NCBI GenBank assembly: GCA_964016885.1
Contig: OZ024740.1
Location: 144,460,001-144,524,000 of the forward strand
Origin: Eledone cirrhosa
Lineage: Eukaryota
Direction: 5' to 3'
Length of the DNA stretch: 64,000 bases
How positions within the stretch are numbered: position 1 is the first letter of the stretch; the number at the start of each line of letters is the position of its first letter. The position numbers were made by a program, and so were the translations under genes. Under the pieces are notes generated by a model. The model was given only the letters and a program-made list of their open reading frames with translations. It searched no databases and was not told the origin of the DNA. Below are positions 1 through 13,225 of this stretch, piece after piece.

Positions 1-1571
1 TTAGAAAACTAGGCGTTGACGAATGGCTTGTGAGGGCTATACAAGCCATGTATAAAGAAACAGTCAGCAAGGTTAGAATTAACAACGAATATAGTGAAGA
101 GTTTAGCGTAAAAGTTGGCGTCCATCAGGGCTCTGTTCTCAGCCCACTACTATTTATTATTGCCCTTCAGGCTATAACAGAGGAGTTCAAGACAGGCTGC
201 CCATGGGAACTCCTATACGCAGACGACCTGACACTCATAGCGGAATCAATGGCCGAGCTAGAGAAGAAATTCCAAACATGGAAGCACGGCCTAGAGTCAA
301 AAGGACCTAAAATTAACCTGGCTAAGACCAAAGTACTAGTTTGTAGGAAAGAAAACAAGGAGGCGGTCCCTTCTGGGAAATGGTCGTGCTCGGTGTGTAG
401 GAAAGGCGTAGGTAGAAACTCCATTTTATGTCCTAAATGCAAAGTATGGGTGCATAAAAGATGTAGTGGGATCACAGGTAAGCTAACTAAGAACATAGAT
501 TTTACATGTGGCCGGTGCTCTGGTGCAATAAGTAGCAGCAAGTGCCCACAAAATACTAGCTCTTTCAATTGCGCAGAGGGTTCTATAGAAATAGTGGACA
601 GCTTCCGTTACCTGGGCGATAAAATCAGCAGTGGGGGAGGGTGCTCTGAAAGTACTGTAGCTAGAGTCAGAACTGGTTGGAAAAAGTTCAGAGAGCTTAT
701 ACCACTATTAGCTGCTAAAGGGTTCTCACTAAAAATGAAAGGCAGGTTGTACGATGCCTGCATACGAACAGCAATGCTGCATGGCAGTGAGACCTGGGCA
801 TTGTGTGCAGAGGATATACGCAGACTAGAGAGGAACGAAGCTTGCATGCTCCGCTGGATGTGTAACAGTAATATACGTGAACGGCAAAGCATAAACGAAC
901 TAAGGAAAAAATTAGAGATAAGAGGGATCAGATGTTGTTTACTCGAGAGAAGGCTACGTTGGTATGGACACGTGATGCGCATGAAAGTCGATAGCTGTAT
1001 AACAAAGTGCAGGGCAATAAAGATAGACGGTAGTCACGGAATAGGCAGACCTAGAAAAACCTGGGACGAGCTGATAAACTCCGACATCACACACTTACAC
1101 CTCTCCAAGACAATGTCACTGGACCGAGACCTTTGGCGGTACTCAGTAACAGAGAAGACCCGCCTTACCTAAATATATAGTAAAACCTACTCCAGCCAGT
1201 AGGCATCTCTAACAAAATACACCCCGTCCCACCACCCCCACCCCCACCCCATCCACACCACCCCGTTCTATGTAAAGTTATGTTGGTGCCGCGCCATCGA
1301 GGCCGAAACAAATGAGATCGTGTAGGTGTCACGACAAAAAAACACACAGTCCACGCTGTAATGTGGCCGTGTAGGCAACACGGTAAAAACCTCCCAGACC
1401 CACACTGTAAATGTGGTTGGTGTTAGGAAGGGCATCCAACTGTAGAAAACCTGCCAGACAGTCCTATGCGAGCAAGACAATCACTCTTGCCTCAAGTGGG
1501 ACTACCCCCGTCCAAACCCATGCAAGCGTGGAACACGGACGTTAAACGTTGATGATGATGATGATGATGAT
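1..1571 (+). mobile_element. RTE-clade LINE, young copy A (5' part runs off the window), with 3' UTR and (GAT)n tail
   Basis: RT motifs [23 protein letters not shown] and RTE-type C-terminus ([18 protein letters not shown]). 3' UTR 1173-1549 ends in (GAT)n. Near-identical to 20181-22604 and 24413-26532. Confidence 0.95.
30..1172 (+). CDS. Partial RTE reverse transcriptase with internal PHD-type finger (387-518)
   Basis: Uninterrupted frame, open from the window start; YADD catalytic motif; CSVC-x10-CPKC-x4-HKRC-x14-CGRC. Confidence 0.85.
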   Translation: MRAIQAMYKETVSKVRINNEYSEEFSVKVGVHQGSVLSPLLFIIALQAITEEFKTGCPWELLYADDLTLIAESMAELEKKFQTWKHGLESKGPKINLAKTKVLVCRKENKEAVPSGKWSCSVCRKGVGRNSILCPKCKVWVHKRCSGITGKLTKNIDFTCGRCSGAISSSKCPQNTSSFNCAEGSIEIVDSFRYLGDKISSGGGCSESTVARVRTGWKKFRELIPLLAAKGFSLKMKGRLYDACIRTAMLHGSETWALCAEDIRRLERNEACMLRWMCNSNIRERQSINELRKKLEIRGIRCCLLERRLRWYGHVMRMKVDSCITKCRAIKIDGSHGIGRPRKTWDELINSDITHLHLSKTMSLDRDLWRYSVTEKTRLT

Positions 1572-1626
1572 GTATATGTATATATGTATATATATGTATA
1601 TATATATATGTGTATATATATATATG

Positions 1627-1695
<69 letters not shown>

Positions 1696-1864
1696 GTATA
1701 TATATATATGTATATATATATATATGTATATATATATATGTATATATATATATGTATATATATATATATGTATATATGTATACATATGTATATGTATATA
1801 TATGTATATATGTATACATATGTATATGTATATATATGTATATATGTATATATATATATGTATT

Positions 1865-1895
<31 letters not shown>

Positions 1896-2157
1896 GTATA
1901 TATATATGTATGTATATATATATGTATATATATATGTATATATATATGTATATATATATGTATACATATATATGTATATATATATATGTATATATATATA
2001 TGTATAATAAAAAATTGAACAGGGACAGAACAGAGAGGCAGTACGACAAATGTTTATTAGCTTCACGCTCATATATATATATATATATGTATATATATAT
2101 GTATATATATATGTATATATGTATATATATATATATGTATATATATATGTATATATG

Positions 2158-2189
<32 letters not shown>

Positions 2190-2195
2190 AATATG

Positions 2196-2230
<35 letters not shown>

Positions 2231-2467
2231 GTATATATATGTTTATATATATGTGTATATATATGTATATATATATGTATATATATATGTTTATATATAT
2301 GTGTATATATATGTATATATATATATATGTATATATATATGTATATATATATGTATATATATATGTATATATTATATATGTATATATTATATATGTATAT
2401 ATATATATATGTATGTATATATATATGTATATATGTATATATATATATGTATATATATATAAATATG

Positions 2468-2520
<53 letters not shown>

Positions 2521-2657
2521 GTATATATATGTTTATATATATGTGTATATATATGTATATATATATATGTATATATATATGTTTATATATATGTGTATAT
2601 ATATGTATATATATATATATGTATATATATATGTATATATATATGTATATATATATG

Positions 2658-2688
<31 letters not shown>

Positions 2689-2952
2689 GTATGTATATAT
2701 ATGTGTATATATATATATGTATATGTATATATATATATGTATGTATATATATATATATGTATGTATATATATGTATATATATATATATGTATTTATATAT
2801 ATATGTATGTATATATATGTATATATATGTATATATATATATATGTATATATATGTATATATATATATATATGTATGTATATATATGTATATATATATAT
2901 ATATGTATATATATGTATATATATGTATATATATATATGTATGTTATATATG

Positions 2953-2983
<31 letters not shown>

Positions 2984-3049
2984 GTATATATATGTATATA
3001 TATGTATATATATATATGTATGTTATATATGTATATATATATATGTATG

Positions 3050-3082
<33 letters not shown>

Positions 3083-3092
3083 ATATATGTAT

Positions 3093-3132
<40 letters not shown>

Positions 3133-3216
3133 GTATATATATATATGTATGTATATATATGTATATATATATATGTATGTATATATATGTATATATATAT
3201 GTATGTATATATATGT

Positions 3217-3256
<40 letters not shown>

Positions 3257-3565
3257 GTATATATATATATGTATGTATATATATGTATATATATATATGT
3301 GTATAAATATATATATATGTATATGTGTATATATATATATATGTATATGTATATGTATATGTATATATATGTATATGTATATGTATATGTATATATATGT
3401 ATATGTATATATATGTGTGTATATATATATATGTGTGTATATGTATATATATGTGTGTATATATATATATGTGTGTATATATATATATGTGTATATATAT
3501 ATGTATATGTATATATATATGTATGTGTATATATATGTATATGTATATATATATGTATGTGTATA

Positions 3566-3600
<35 letters not shown>

Positions 3601-3612
3601 ATATATATATAT
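1572..3612. repeat. ~2 kb compound (TA)n/(TATATG)n microsatellite with a 65-bp unique island at 2006-2070
   Basis: Seen directly; explains all Y/I/M/C/H-rich ORFs here. Confidence 0.97.
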
Positions 3613-4041
3613 CATCATCATCATCATCACCGTTTTACGTCCGTTCTTCCACGCTAGCATGGGTTAGACGGGTTGTCCTGTTGTGGGCAGTGTCTGGTCG
3701 GCTGACCATGCCTTGCTCATACAGGAACTGATCTGGCTTGATTTCTACAGCTGGATGCCCTTCCTAACACCAACCTCATTTACAGTGAGTGCTGGGTGCT
3801 TTTTCGTGGCGCCTACATGTCCACTTTACAGTGTGGGCTGGGTGCTTTTTTGCCGTGGCACCTCCACGACCACCTTGCGGTGGGGGGGGGGGGGGCATAT
3901 TGTTTATATGCTTCAGCATGTACCCATGGGAGGTCGGGTACCCTGTATTACTGCGTGACGCCAGAAGTCACGGTCGTGTGTCATTGACTTTGAGAGGTGT
4001 AGTTGGGTAAGGTCGGCTTTTATCACCTCATCCCAAGTCAC
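3612..4041 (-). mobile_element. RTE LINE 3' fragment, older subfamily
   Basis: (CAT)n tail, GGATGCCCTTCCTAAC motif; minus strand encodes TWDEVIKADLTQLHLSK; TA-rich flanks on both sides. Confidence 0.9.
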
Positions 4042-4626
4042 ATATGTATATGTATATATATATACATATATGTATACAGGCGTACAGTAGTATGTATATA
4101 TATATACATACATGCACACATATATATGTACGTATGGGTTTACCGAACATTTATAATGCTTGGTTTGTTTATAAACAAACAGCCCAAATTATTAGCCGTA
4201 CAGTGTTCATCAACCATCGTTGCCCTTTTGTATATACATACTACTGTACGTCTGTGTACATATATGTATGTATGTATACATACTTATATTTAAGTATCAG
4301 CCGTACTAAGAGTGAGAAATGAAATTTCATTGTTTCTATTTATATATATGTATATATATATATGTATATATATATAGCTGAACAAGAGTGTTGTTTATCT
4401 TAGTTGTTACGTTGTAACTTCCTGATGATAAGCAAGTCCTAGCGAACCAAAGCACTACATGCCAGTAGTTTATCCCATGTAGGTGATAATGAGTGATTGA
4501 GTATGCATTTATCAAATAACAGTAGTTAAAACGTGATTAAATCACTATAGTTGTTTATTACATTACATATATTTCTGTTACATGGTTATTCATGTGACTT
4601 TGTCAGATGCATAAGCACCAAATTTA

Positions 4627-4669
<43 letters not shown>

Positions 4670-4734
4670 ATATATGTACATGTATATACGTACTGGGTGT
4701 GTTTATCATGTTGATGATTTACATGATAGATGCA

Positions 4735-4762
4735 CATGGAAGATGGACGTTAAATGATGATG

Positions 4763-4800
<38 letters not shown>

Positions 4801-5025
4801 CATGGTGACATGACAAAAAGTGCCTGGTCCACCTTGTAAATTGGTTATTTTTGTGCCACAATAAAAAAAAAACCAAGTCCACACTGTAATTATGATTGGT
4901 GTTAGGAAGGGCATCCAGACATAGAAACCAAGCCAGAAACAGTTCTGTATGAGCAAGACACTGTCATCTAATCTGACTTGTCTCACAACAGGACAACTCG
5001 TCTAACCCATGCTGGCATGGGTTAC
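4735..5025 (+). mobile_element. Two short RTE 3'-UTR fragments separated by (TA)n(GT)n
   Basis: ATGGACGTTAAATGATGATGAT tail at ~4743-4765 and GTTAGGAAGGGCATCCAG module at ~4901. Confidence 0.75.
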
Positions 5026-5028
5026 CAG

Positions 5029-5060
<32 letters not shown>

Positions 5061-5118
5061 CATGTATATGTGTGTGTATATGTATATATATACATATATA
5101 CGTGTCTATGTATATATA

Positions 5119-5879
5119 CAAGGTGTGTCAGAAAAGTAACAGGACTTGTGTGCTGTTCGAGCTATGAGTTGATTCGGGATCAGCAGGTTGCATCACTGTG
5201 CGACGCAATATCCATGGAATATATAACTGCAATTTCAGCCACATGCATCATTGTATGCTTTAATGTACTTTTCTTAACAGCTCCTCAATTTTAGGCTGTT
5301 GAGTGATGGGCACAGAGCAGTGAACAAACCTGAAGTTTCTAGTCTGGCTGGGGAAAACTCTGTCTGAAACACTTGGAATACAGCAACAAGTGTATGATGT
5401 CGTGCTCATGGGTTTTCAAGTGGCACAAAAGGTTCAAAGAGGGACATGAGGACGTGGAAGATGACTCCAGAAACAGAAGACCGTCAATGAGCATGATTGA
5501 GGCCAACTTTGAGCATGTGAGGCAGGTGGTGCATGTTGATTGTCGGCTGACTGTTCGACTGACCGGAAATGAGCTGGGCATGAACTGCGCCAGTGTATGG
5601 AAGGTTATCCTATTTGGAAGATCTGTGTATAGATGGTGCCAAAATTGTACACGTAGGTATGTCTTGAGACCAAACCCTTGCTGGGAAGAGTCATCATGTA
5701 GAAGCCATCAAGAGGGCCATAATGACGAAGCAGCAGAGAATCCCAATAGTACATAGAGCATGGCTGTAAGAATGAAAACATTAGTCTTCAAGGGGCTTAT
5801 TTCAAAGGGGAAAATTTGTAGTTTGAATTTGAAATATTTTTTGGTAACTCCACTCCTGTTTCTTTTCTGACATACCTTG
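5119..5879 (+). mobile_element. Internally deleted mariner-type DNA transposon
   Basis: ~28-bp imperfect TIRs (CAAGGTGTGTCAGAAAAGTAACAGGACT / ACTCCTGTTTCTTTTCTGACATACCTTG) in TA context. ORF 5373-5756 has the mariner HTH region (VFKWHKRFKEGHEDVEDDSRNRRP...RLTVR); no DDD catalytic domain seen. Confidence 0.85.
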
Positions 5880-5925
5880 TGTATATATACATACATATGT
5901 ATATATATACATATATGTATATATA

Positions 5926-6471
5926 TCATCATCATAATCATCATTGTTTAATGTCCATCTTCCACGCTAGCATGGGTTAGACGGTTTTGTTGCGGGAATG
6001 GTCTCGCTCGTACAAAAGTGTCTCTGGCAGGTTTTTTACAGCTGGATGCCCTTCCTAACACCAACCACATTTACAGTGTGAACTGGGAGCCTTTTTACCA
6101 TGTCTCCTAAACGACCACCTTACAGTGTGGGCTGGTGTGTCATCAACACAGTGGATGGGAGGATGGAGTAGGATGTGTGGGTTGGGGTGTAGATTGGGTT
6201 AAGAGGTGCCTGATGACTGTAGGTTTGTATGCAAGGGAAGACGGATCTTCTGTACAACTGCATGGTGCCAAAGATCTCGATCCGGTGACATTGTCTTAGA
6301 GAGGTGAAAGTGAGCAAGGTCAGTTTTTATCACCTCGTCCCAGGTTTTTCTTGGTCTACCCACTCCGTAGCTTCCATTAATTTTCATCACTCTGCACTTT
6401 CTTATACAGCTGTCATCCTTCATATGCATCACATGGCCATACCAACGCAATTTCCTCTCCAGAACACAACA
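5926..6471 (-). mobile_element. RTE LINE 3' fragment
   Basis: Minus ORF RWYGHVMHMKDDSC...[10 protein letters not shown]; (CAT)n tail; TA tracts on both sides. Confidence 0.9.
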
Positions 6472-6504
6472 TTATAGATATATATATATACACACACACA
6501 CATA

Positions 6505-6671
6505 TTGGACCAAGGAAACAATGTTTCCATTGGTGATACTATCTACCTGGCAGAAGGAGCAATGTGAAATAAAGTGTCTTGCTCAAGGGTACAATGTATC
6601 CAGCGAGAATTGAACTTGTTCCCTCACCATTGCGAATCCAACTCTCTAACTACTAAGCCACGCACCTTCAC
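6505..6671 (-). mobile_element. tRNA-derived SINE with CORE-like body
   Basis: Minus strand: A-box TGGCTTAGTAG, B-box GTTCAATTC, then CCTTGAGCAAGACACTTTATTTCAC; related to 54752-55010. Confidence 0.7.
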
Positions 6672-6849
6672 TGTGTGTATATATATAGATATATATACAG
6701 ATATATATATATATATATACACGCACATTGCACCCTTGCAACCTACTCGCTCTACTCCTTACCCCACCCACCCAAACGATCACCCCTTTCCCCCCTCACT
6801 ACCCCCGTTTCACCATGACATCCCTCTCTATCGAGCACAGCCTCTCTAG

Positions 6850-7411
6850 TTATGATGACACGAAAACGCCCCCGGTATACTCCGTATGGGTGGTTGGTGA
6901 TAGGAAGGGCACCCAGAAACTATGCCTAAAAAGGTTGTGAAGACACTTTAGTTGTGTCAAAGACCCAACAACCTATACTGTTGGTTATCTACAATATAAA
7001 TGCACCCATTACAGGCTGTAAAGTGGTAGGTGATATGTAAGGCATCTAACCGCAGAAGCTTCCCAAACAAATGGTTGGGAGAACCCTTTAATTGCGTCAC
7101 GGACATGACAGTCTCCCTAGTGCTGGTGATCTACACACTAAAAGCACCCAGTAAACACTGTAAAGTGGTTGGTGTTAGGAAGGGCATCCAGTCACAGAAA
7201 GCTTACCAAACAAGGGATTAGGAAGATGCTTTGGTTTGTGTCAAAAGGCACAACAACTTCTCCTCTGCATTCAATATGACTATACATAAGTGGGATACAG
7301 TCCCCTCGGCCTGTCTGGGAGGTTAGTAGCCCCACTTCAGTACTGACTTGGTCTATGTAGACCCCGTCCAACCCTTGCTAGCAGGGAAACCGGACATTAA
7401 ATGATGATGAT
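6850..7411 (+). mobile_element. Non-coding modular repeat ending in an RTE-type tail
   Basis: Three diverged copies of the GCACCC..CTGTAAAGTGGTTGGTGTTAGGAAGGGCATCC module, ending GGACATTAAATGATGATGAT; paralog at 46430-46785. Confidence 0.65.
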
Positions 7412-7433
7412 ACACTCACACACACATATATAT

Positions 7434-7645
7434 CATCATCATCATCATCATCATCATTTTACATCCGCTTTTCCCTGTTTGTAAGGGTGGGATGGGTCTT
7501 CTTCAGCACAGCATCTCTCCATTTGTCACGGTCCTTTGTCATCTCCTCTGTGAGCTTCAGCGATCTGAAGTCAGCTCTCTCTCCACCTCTAGCCATTTTT
7601 TTTGTGGTCTTCCTCTACTGCATCTTCCTTCCACTGGGATTACTT
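7434..7645 (-). mobile_element. 3' fragment of a second RTE family (short 3' UTR)
   Basis: (CAT)n tail; homologous to 58915-59135 and 31010-31062. Confidence 0.7.
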
Positions 7646-7823
7646 GGCGCGCTGGAATTCAAACCCATACCTGCAATATACCATTTCCCATGCTAACCAT
7701 TATACTCACCACTGACAAATTTTTCTGTTATATTAAGCTATATAAATCAGGAAGTACAAATATGAACAATCTATTTTTAGAACTGCTGAGTGATAGGAAG
7801 TTTTTGAATTTGAAAGTTAGAAG

Positions 7824-8014
7824 CATCAACATTGTTTGACTATGAAAAATAGTCTAATAATTTGATCTTTTAAACCCTGGAGATGGAAAAGATTGTATAG
7901 CACTACCCTTTGCAAGTCTGGGTTCAAGTCCCATGGGTGGTGCTGTACAAATTTTGTTCCTCTCCAGGGTTTATATGCCTAAATTAGACTATTTTTCATA
8001 GTCTAAGGTTGATG
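7824..8014. repeat. Imperfect ~80-bp-arm inverted repeat (foldback/MITE-like)
   Basis: GACTATGAAAAATAGTCTAAT..TAAACCCTGGAGA pairs with TCTCCAGGGTTTA..ATTAGACTATTTTTCATAGTC. Confidence 0.8.
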
Positions 8015-8325
8015 TGTCTAACTTACAAATTCAAAATACATATACATACATACATACAAAAAAAAAAAAAATTCCAAAACTTTTGCATCTAATAACTGCA
8101 TATACACATGTACAGATACAAAGCATATACACATGAACACATACAACACAAAACATACACACCCACACATACAATAACATCCATATCTACACATGCATGC
8201 ATGCAGGCATGCATACATAATCTATCTAGTTGATGTTGTGTAAATTCCAATGACAGAGTCTTGTGTCTATGTTAGAAACCGACTCTCTCTTTATTGGTAA
8301 AAATTTGTGAAATTATAAAACCAGA

Positions 8326-8372
8326 ACATACATACATACATACATACATACATACATACATACATACATACA

Positions 8373-8404
<32 letters not shown>

Positions 8405-8417
8405 GACACACACACAC

Positions 8418-8456
<39 letters not shown>

Positions 8457-8460
8457 TGTA
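8326..8460. repeat. (TACA)n(CA)n(TA)n microsatellite
   Basis: Seen directly. Confidence 0.95.
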
Positions 8461-11146
8461 TGTGTTATCCATTCACCATTGAAACGGTAAGAGCTCATCC
8501 TACTAGTCCTGCTTGAATGAAATATACTACCCGAAACATTAGACTTTTCATCTTCCTCATGGCAAACCAACTTTTGAACTGCTTATACTCATTAACAGAT
8601 TATATAGACCATGTTTATACTCATTAACTGCTGATAATTTCTTTGGAACCTATTTCTTACTTTATTAAAACATTATTATAGAACATAGAGACAATGCTAT
8701 ATTTAGACATCAGCATGTTTGTTAATTCATATAGTTATATATATTATCATTACTTGTGGACAGATTGTTGTGGATAATTGCAATATTAGACTTCAATTTT
8801 TTATGTGATGCAGTCAAAAAATCTTGCTGATGCAGTTTCATGTGGAAAAGGACATTAAGATTTAAAAGGCTTATGTACTTTCAATTCAAAAAGCTTATGT
8901 GCTTCTAATATTTTTAATAAGGGGCTTCCAAGCTTAATATAGCTATGGGCCTTTTAGAGGTGCTGCTTAGATGAAAAAGAAATTGTTTGAAATAACAGCT
9001 ATAATTAAAACCATACTCTTTAAATGTTTTGTTGAAGCTATATCAGCTTCACAATGACTATTAATTGAAAAGTAAATTTTAAAATCCTCTAATTTATGAC
9101 TGTGATTATAATAATCAAGCCACTGTTCAACCTAGGTGTAATATTTGCACCAAATCCCATCTAATGTTCAATATTTTTGTTATATTATCAGATAGAAACA
9201 TTTCTCCTCTATCCAGTAATTCTAGATTTATTTACACATGGTACTCGGGTTTGCAAATCTCACCAACCTAATTCCTATAATTATATTATACATTTTTTTT
9301 CTTTTCTATTACTATGCTCAATAACTTTTCACAACATTTATAGATTGAATAGTATTTTATTTTAAATATGTAAAAAAAAACACGAATTTGCTAGAACACT
9401 TCAGGAGTTTACAGTCTGCTTAATATTTGGTTTTGTAATAATTAGTATTTCTTTTATTTAATGATATGACATGGACACATGAATATATTTAAATTTTTAA
9501 AGAATAAGTTTAATAAATTACAATTTTATACAAAAGAAGAGCTACTTTGGTCAAAATCAAAAGGCTATATCATTTAAAAGTTCATATCTTATCACTAATA
9601 AAAGGATAAGATCACTGAATCATTGTCCTAGTATCACTTTTTTCACACCTATGAATGGGTCTATTTTTGTTTCAGTTGCATTTCATATATTTTAAACTAT
9701 TTTATGAAATCAGTAGTAAGACAAGTCATACTCCCTCTTTCCCTTTTTTTTACTTTCTTACTGCTTTACTAAAATTACACTGCTTTTTTCTTACATCTAG
9801 CAAAAATATACTATATGTGAACTTCTAGAATATTTTTGGACATTTAACCTGTAAACAGATTTTATTTTTAACTTGAATTATGTAATGTTGCCATTACATA
9901 CAAAATAAAGCATTTGATTTTGGAACCAGATTTCCAAGTTGGATTCTAATTGGCAATCAGATAATTCATTTAACTTTAGTCTTCTGTTTGTTGGCTGTTA
10001 TTGATGGAGAAGATACACCTGAAGTGCCAAAGAGTTCCCCTACTACGTCTTGGAAGTTATAGTAATATTCTATTAGAGCCCTTGAGGAACTTGTTCTTTA
10101 TTAAAAGGTTGATATGCTCTATGAAAACACAGCAGAATTTGCAGTTTAGTTTAATCAATTACAGAATACATTATTAATAATTTTCTTTATATCATATGAG
10201 AGGTTATCTTTTTCCCTTTGAACAATGATTTAGGTATAAATTATAGTTTTTATTTTGTTTTGTTTTTTCAAAATACTCAAATCAGAAGTTTACCTGATAC
10301 CTGTTTATATTTCTCACACACATAATGTGCATGTTAGAACACACACACACACATACACACACACATATATATATATATACATATATAAACTGTATACTAA
10401 GCAGCTGGATTATGTTACAAATTTATAGCTGTACAAGCAATATGGGATTTTACTGAAGCTGTTAGAAATGAGTATGTAAACATATGTAAATATATAAAAA
10501 TGTGTTTACATACACATTTCTTGTATCTTCAGTTAAAAACCTGTATTGTTTGTACAGATATGAATAAAAAGATGAGAGATATACTTCTTCCTGAAGAGAA
10601 CCTTAATCTACTTCAGATAACTTTTCCCACTAAAGAAATAGAACTCACTGCTGCAAGCCAATAAAACACTCACCATTTCACAATGTTTTCATTGCTTACA
10701 ATGGTAAAATGTACCATCAATGGTAGGGCTAGATGGGCCCTGTTATTAAGAATTAAGTGTCTGGTCATTGACACATTGATGCACATATTGCTAGTGGTAA
10801 AATATACAGCATATCTGCTAGATGTCCAGTTCCCTATCACCTCATTCATGTATGCCCTTCTATTTAACATAAATATACAAAGCAGATAACTGTGAGCTAC
10901 AACCAGCCACCTCGCTGATACTAGCATTAGAATCAAAGATCATCTCTAAAATTCAAGAACAATCATGATTGTCTGTATCAGAAAGAATCAACACAGCTGT
11001 GAGTTTGAGTTTCAAAGGTGATACTGTCCAACTTTTCTGACTCTAGGAGCTTATATTCCCAACTTGTTTGACTATTTTTCATAGTAAAAAAACCTGCATT
11101 AAATCCAAAATTTACTCAATGCTTTGTGAATATTAAAGATTCTTTG

Positions 11147-11352
11147 TTTAACTCATTAGAATTTACATTACTCTATATTTACTATTGTATTTTCATGGTA
11201 AAGGCTTTACCTCACATAATTATCTCACATAATACCAAATCTATGAGAATTTGATATTACTTATTTTGAGAACAATACCTTAACATTGATATGTGTGGCC
11301 AGTTACAGATGGTTTGAACAGAAAGAGGTGAGAGAATTCTGGCCAGATACAA
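11147..11352 (+). mobile_element. TTAA-type MITE copy, right end missing
   Basis: Homologous to 28345-28571, 51849-52077 and 54001-54457. Confidence 0.75.
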
Positions 11353-11825
11353 TATAATGGCTGATAAATAAGGCTTAAAAATAATAGGTAAGAAATCAGT
11401 CTTGCTTTGATGTAATGGTAGAACAGCCATGTGGCATATGGCAAATTTTGAGTCCCACAGGTGATAATGTTCACTTTTTCCGTCTCTAGATGCTGATATG
11501 CCCAACTTTCTCAAACATTTCTTATAGTAAAAAAACTTGCATTGAAGCAGCTTACATACATTCAAAATTCAAACTTTGCTAAATGCTTCAAGAATACAAT
11601 GAAAATTATAGAATTTATTCCAAAATTTTAGATGTAACTACTTTACTAACGATAAAAAGTTGAACTATCTTTAATCAGATTTGATCAAAGCAGTTTCATT
11701 TCCCAAGTTAGGTGCTTTTCCACAAATTCTGTTATGTAGTATGTTAAGAGTTAAGTTAAAAAGATAATTTTTAAAGGTTTTTAGTATAGTATGTATAGAT
11801 GATGATGATGATATATATATATATA

Positions 11826-12157
11826 TCATCATCATCATCATCATCGTTTAACGTCCATTTTCCACGCTAGCATGGGTCTGGATGGGAATTGTCCCACTTG
11901 AGGCAAGATTGGTCGTCTTGCTCAGGACTGTCTGGCAGGTTTTCTACGGCTGGATGCCCTTCCTAACACCAACCACATTTACAGTGTGGTCTGGGAGGTT
12001 TTTACCGTGTTACCTACACGGCCACATTACAGCGTGGACTGTGTGTTTTTTTGTCGTGACACCTACACAACCTCATTTATTTAGGACTGGATGTTGTGGT
12101 ACCAACATAGCTTTACATCAAAAGGGGTGGTGTAGATGGCGGTGGGGTAGGGTTAGT
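11826..12157 (-). mobile_element. RTE 3'-UTR-only insertion
   Basis: Reverse complement of the 3' UTR of 33678-37282; (CAT)n tail; TA runs on both sides. Confidence 0.9.
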
Positions 12158-13225
12158 GGATATATATATGATTGTGCATGTGTGTGCATGTAAGAGAGAG
12201 AGAGAGATTAAAAACAAATAAAAATAATGATTCACACTAGTTTACTTTTATGATGTCCTTGAAGATGTAGGAAGAAATTAAAAGATGAGTGGGTGACAGC
12301 AAAATTATTTGGTTGCTCTCTGAATCTTGTGGTATTATTTATTTATATATTATCTTTAGTACACAGAGAAGAATTAGTCTGCTTCACTAAAGAAGGCTCA
12401 ATTTTGAATAACTTCTAGCCATAATATATTCTAAGAGATTCAATTAACTGTAAAAATTAGTAGTTTGGTTTAGCTAAACTGCAAAACTGTGGTCGTTTAG
12501 CTGTGTCAAATATGGCCCACAGAGTACATTAGACTCACATAATTTATGAGCAGGAAAATGTTAACTGCTTGCCTCACATATTAAAGATAAATTACGAGAT
12601 GTCACACACTTCCATAGGATTTACTTTTTAAATTATGTAATTAAGTTCATAAAAAAATAGCTATATTTGTTAAATATAAAAGATACTGTTGATTTTGTGA
12701 AATACATTTATTTGCTGATTCTAGTAACTATTTCTCTTTTGGTTTTAAATCTTTTCTCAGTCATTTTCTTTAGTTTCTTTTTCAACTGGTTAGTGAAAAA
12801 ATAATTTTCTTAAGTTTAAGCTTCCTACACAGGGGCACAATAAAATACTTGCCACAAAATATGACCTTCATATCCAGGAGCCTTAACCAATCGGTCAGTG
12901 TTTTTATAATAATGTTTTAACAATTGTTATTTCTAAAGAGTCGATTTTAAAAAAAAAGTATTTTATTTACAATGGATCATTTTCATAATCTTTCAATAAT
13001 CTTGTGATAAATTACAATCCGGTAAAGGCACAAACAGAAAAATACCTAGATTTGCATTTATTGTTACTTATTTCTTCTTGCTTCTTTTGTTAAAACTTTA
13101 TACAACTCTATAGAGATTGAAGAATATCTGCTTATATTTGGTATTTTAAAAAATTTTTTTATCTTTTATTAGAAAGGCATCCATAGGCTATTTCATTAGC
13201 AATTATTATTATTATTATTATTATT

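Noticed and set aside
167-982. Recurrent antisense ORFs over RTE copies (also over CR1 and RLE copies)
   Set aside because: They are shadows of the sense RT frame, recur only because the copies are near-identical, and contain no motifs.
1492-3731. Long Y/I/M/C/H-rich ORFs of up to 685 aa
   Set aside because: They are translations of (TA)n/(TATG)n microsatellite, which lacks stop codons in most frames.
4410-4470. CTGATGA...GCGAAC hammerhead-like text
   Set aside because: GAAA is missing and stems I-III do not pair convincingly.
10680-10745. NVFIAYNGKMYHQ..MGP, reminiscent of Penelope-type RT
   Set aside because: Too short and interrupted by stops to call without an HMM search.
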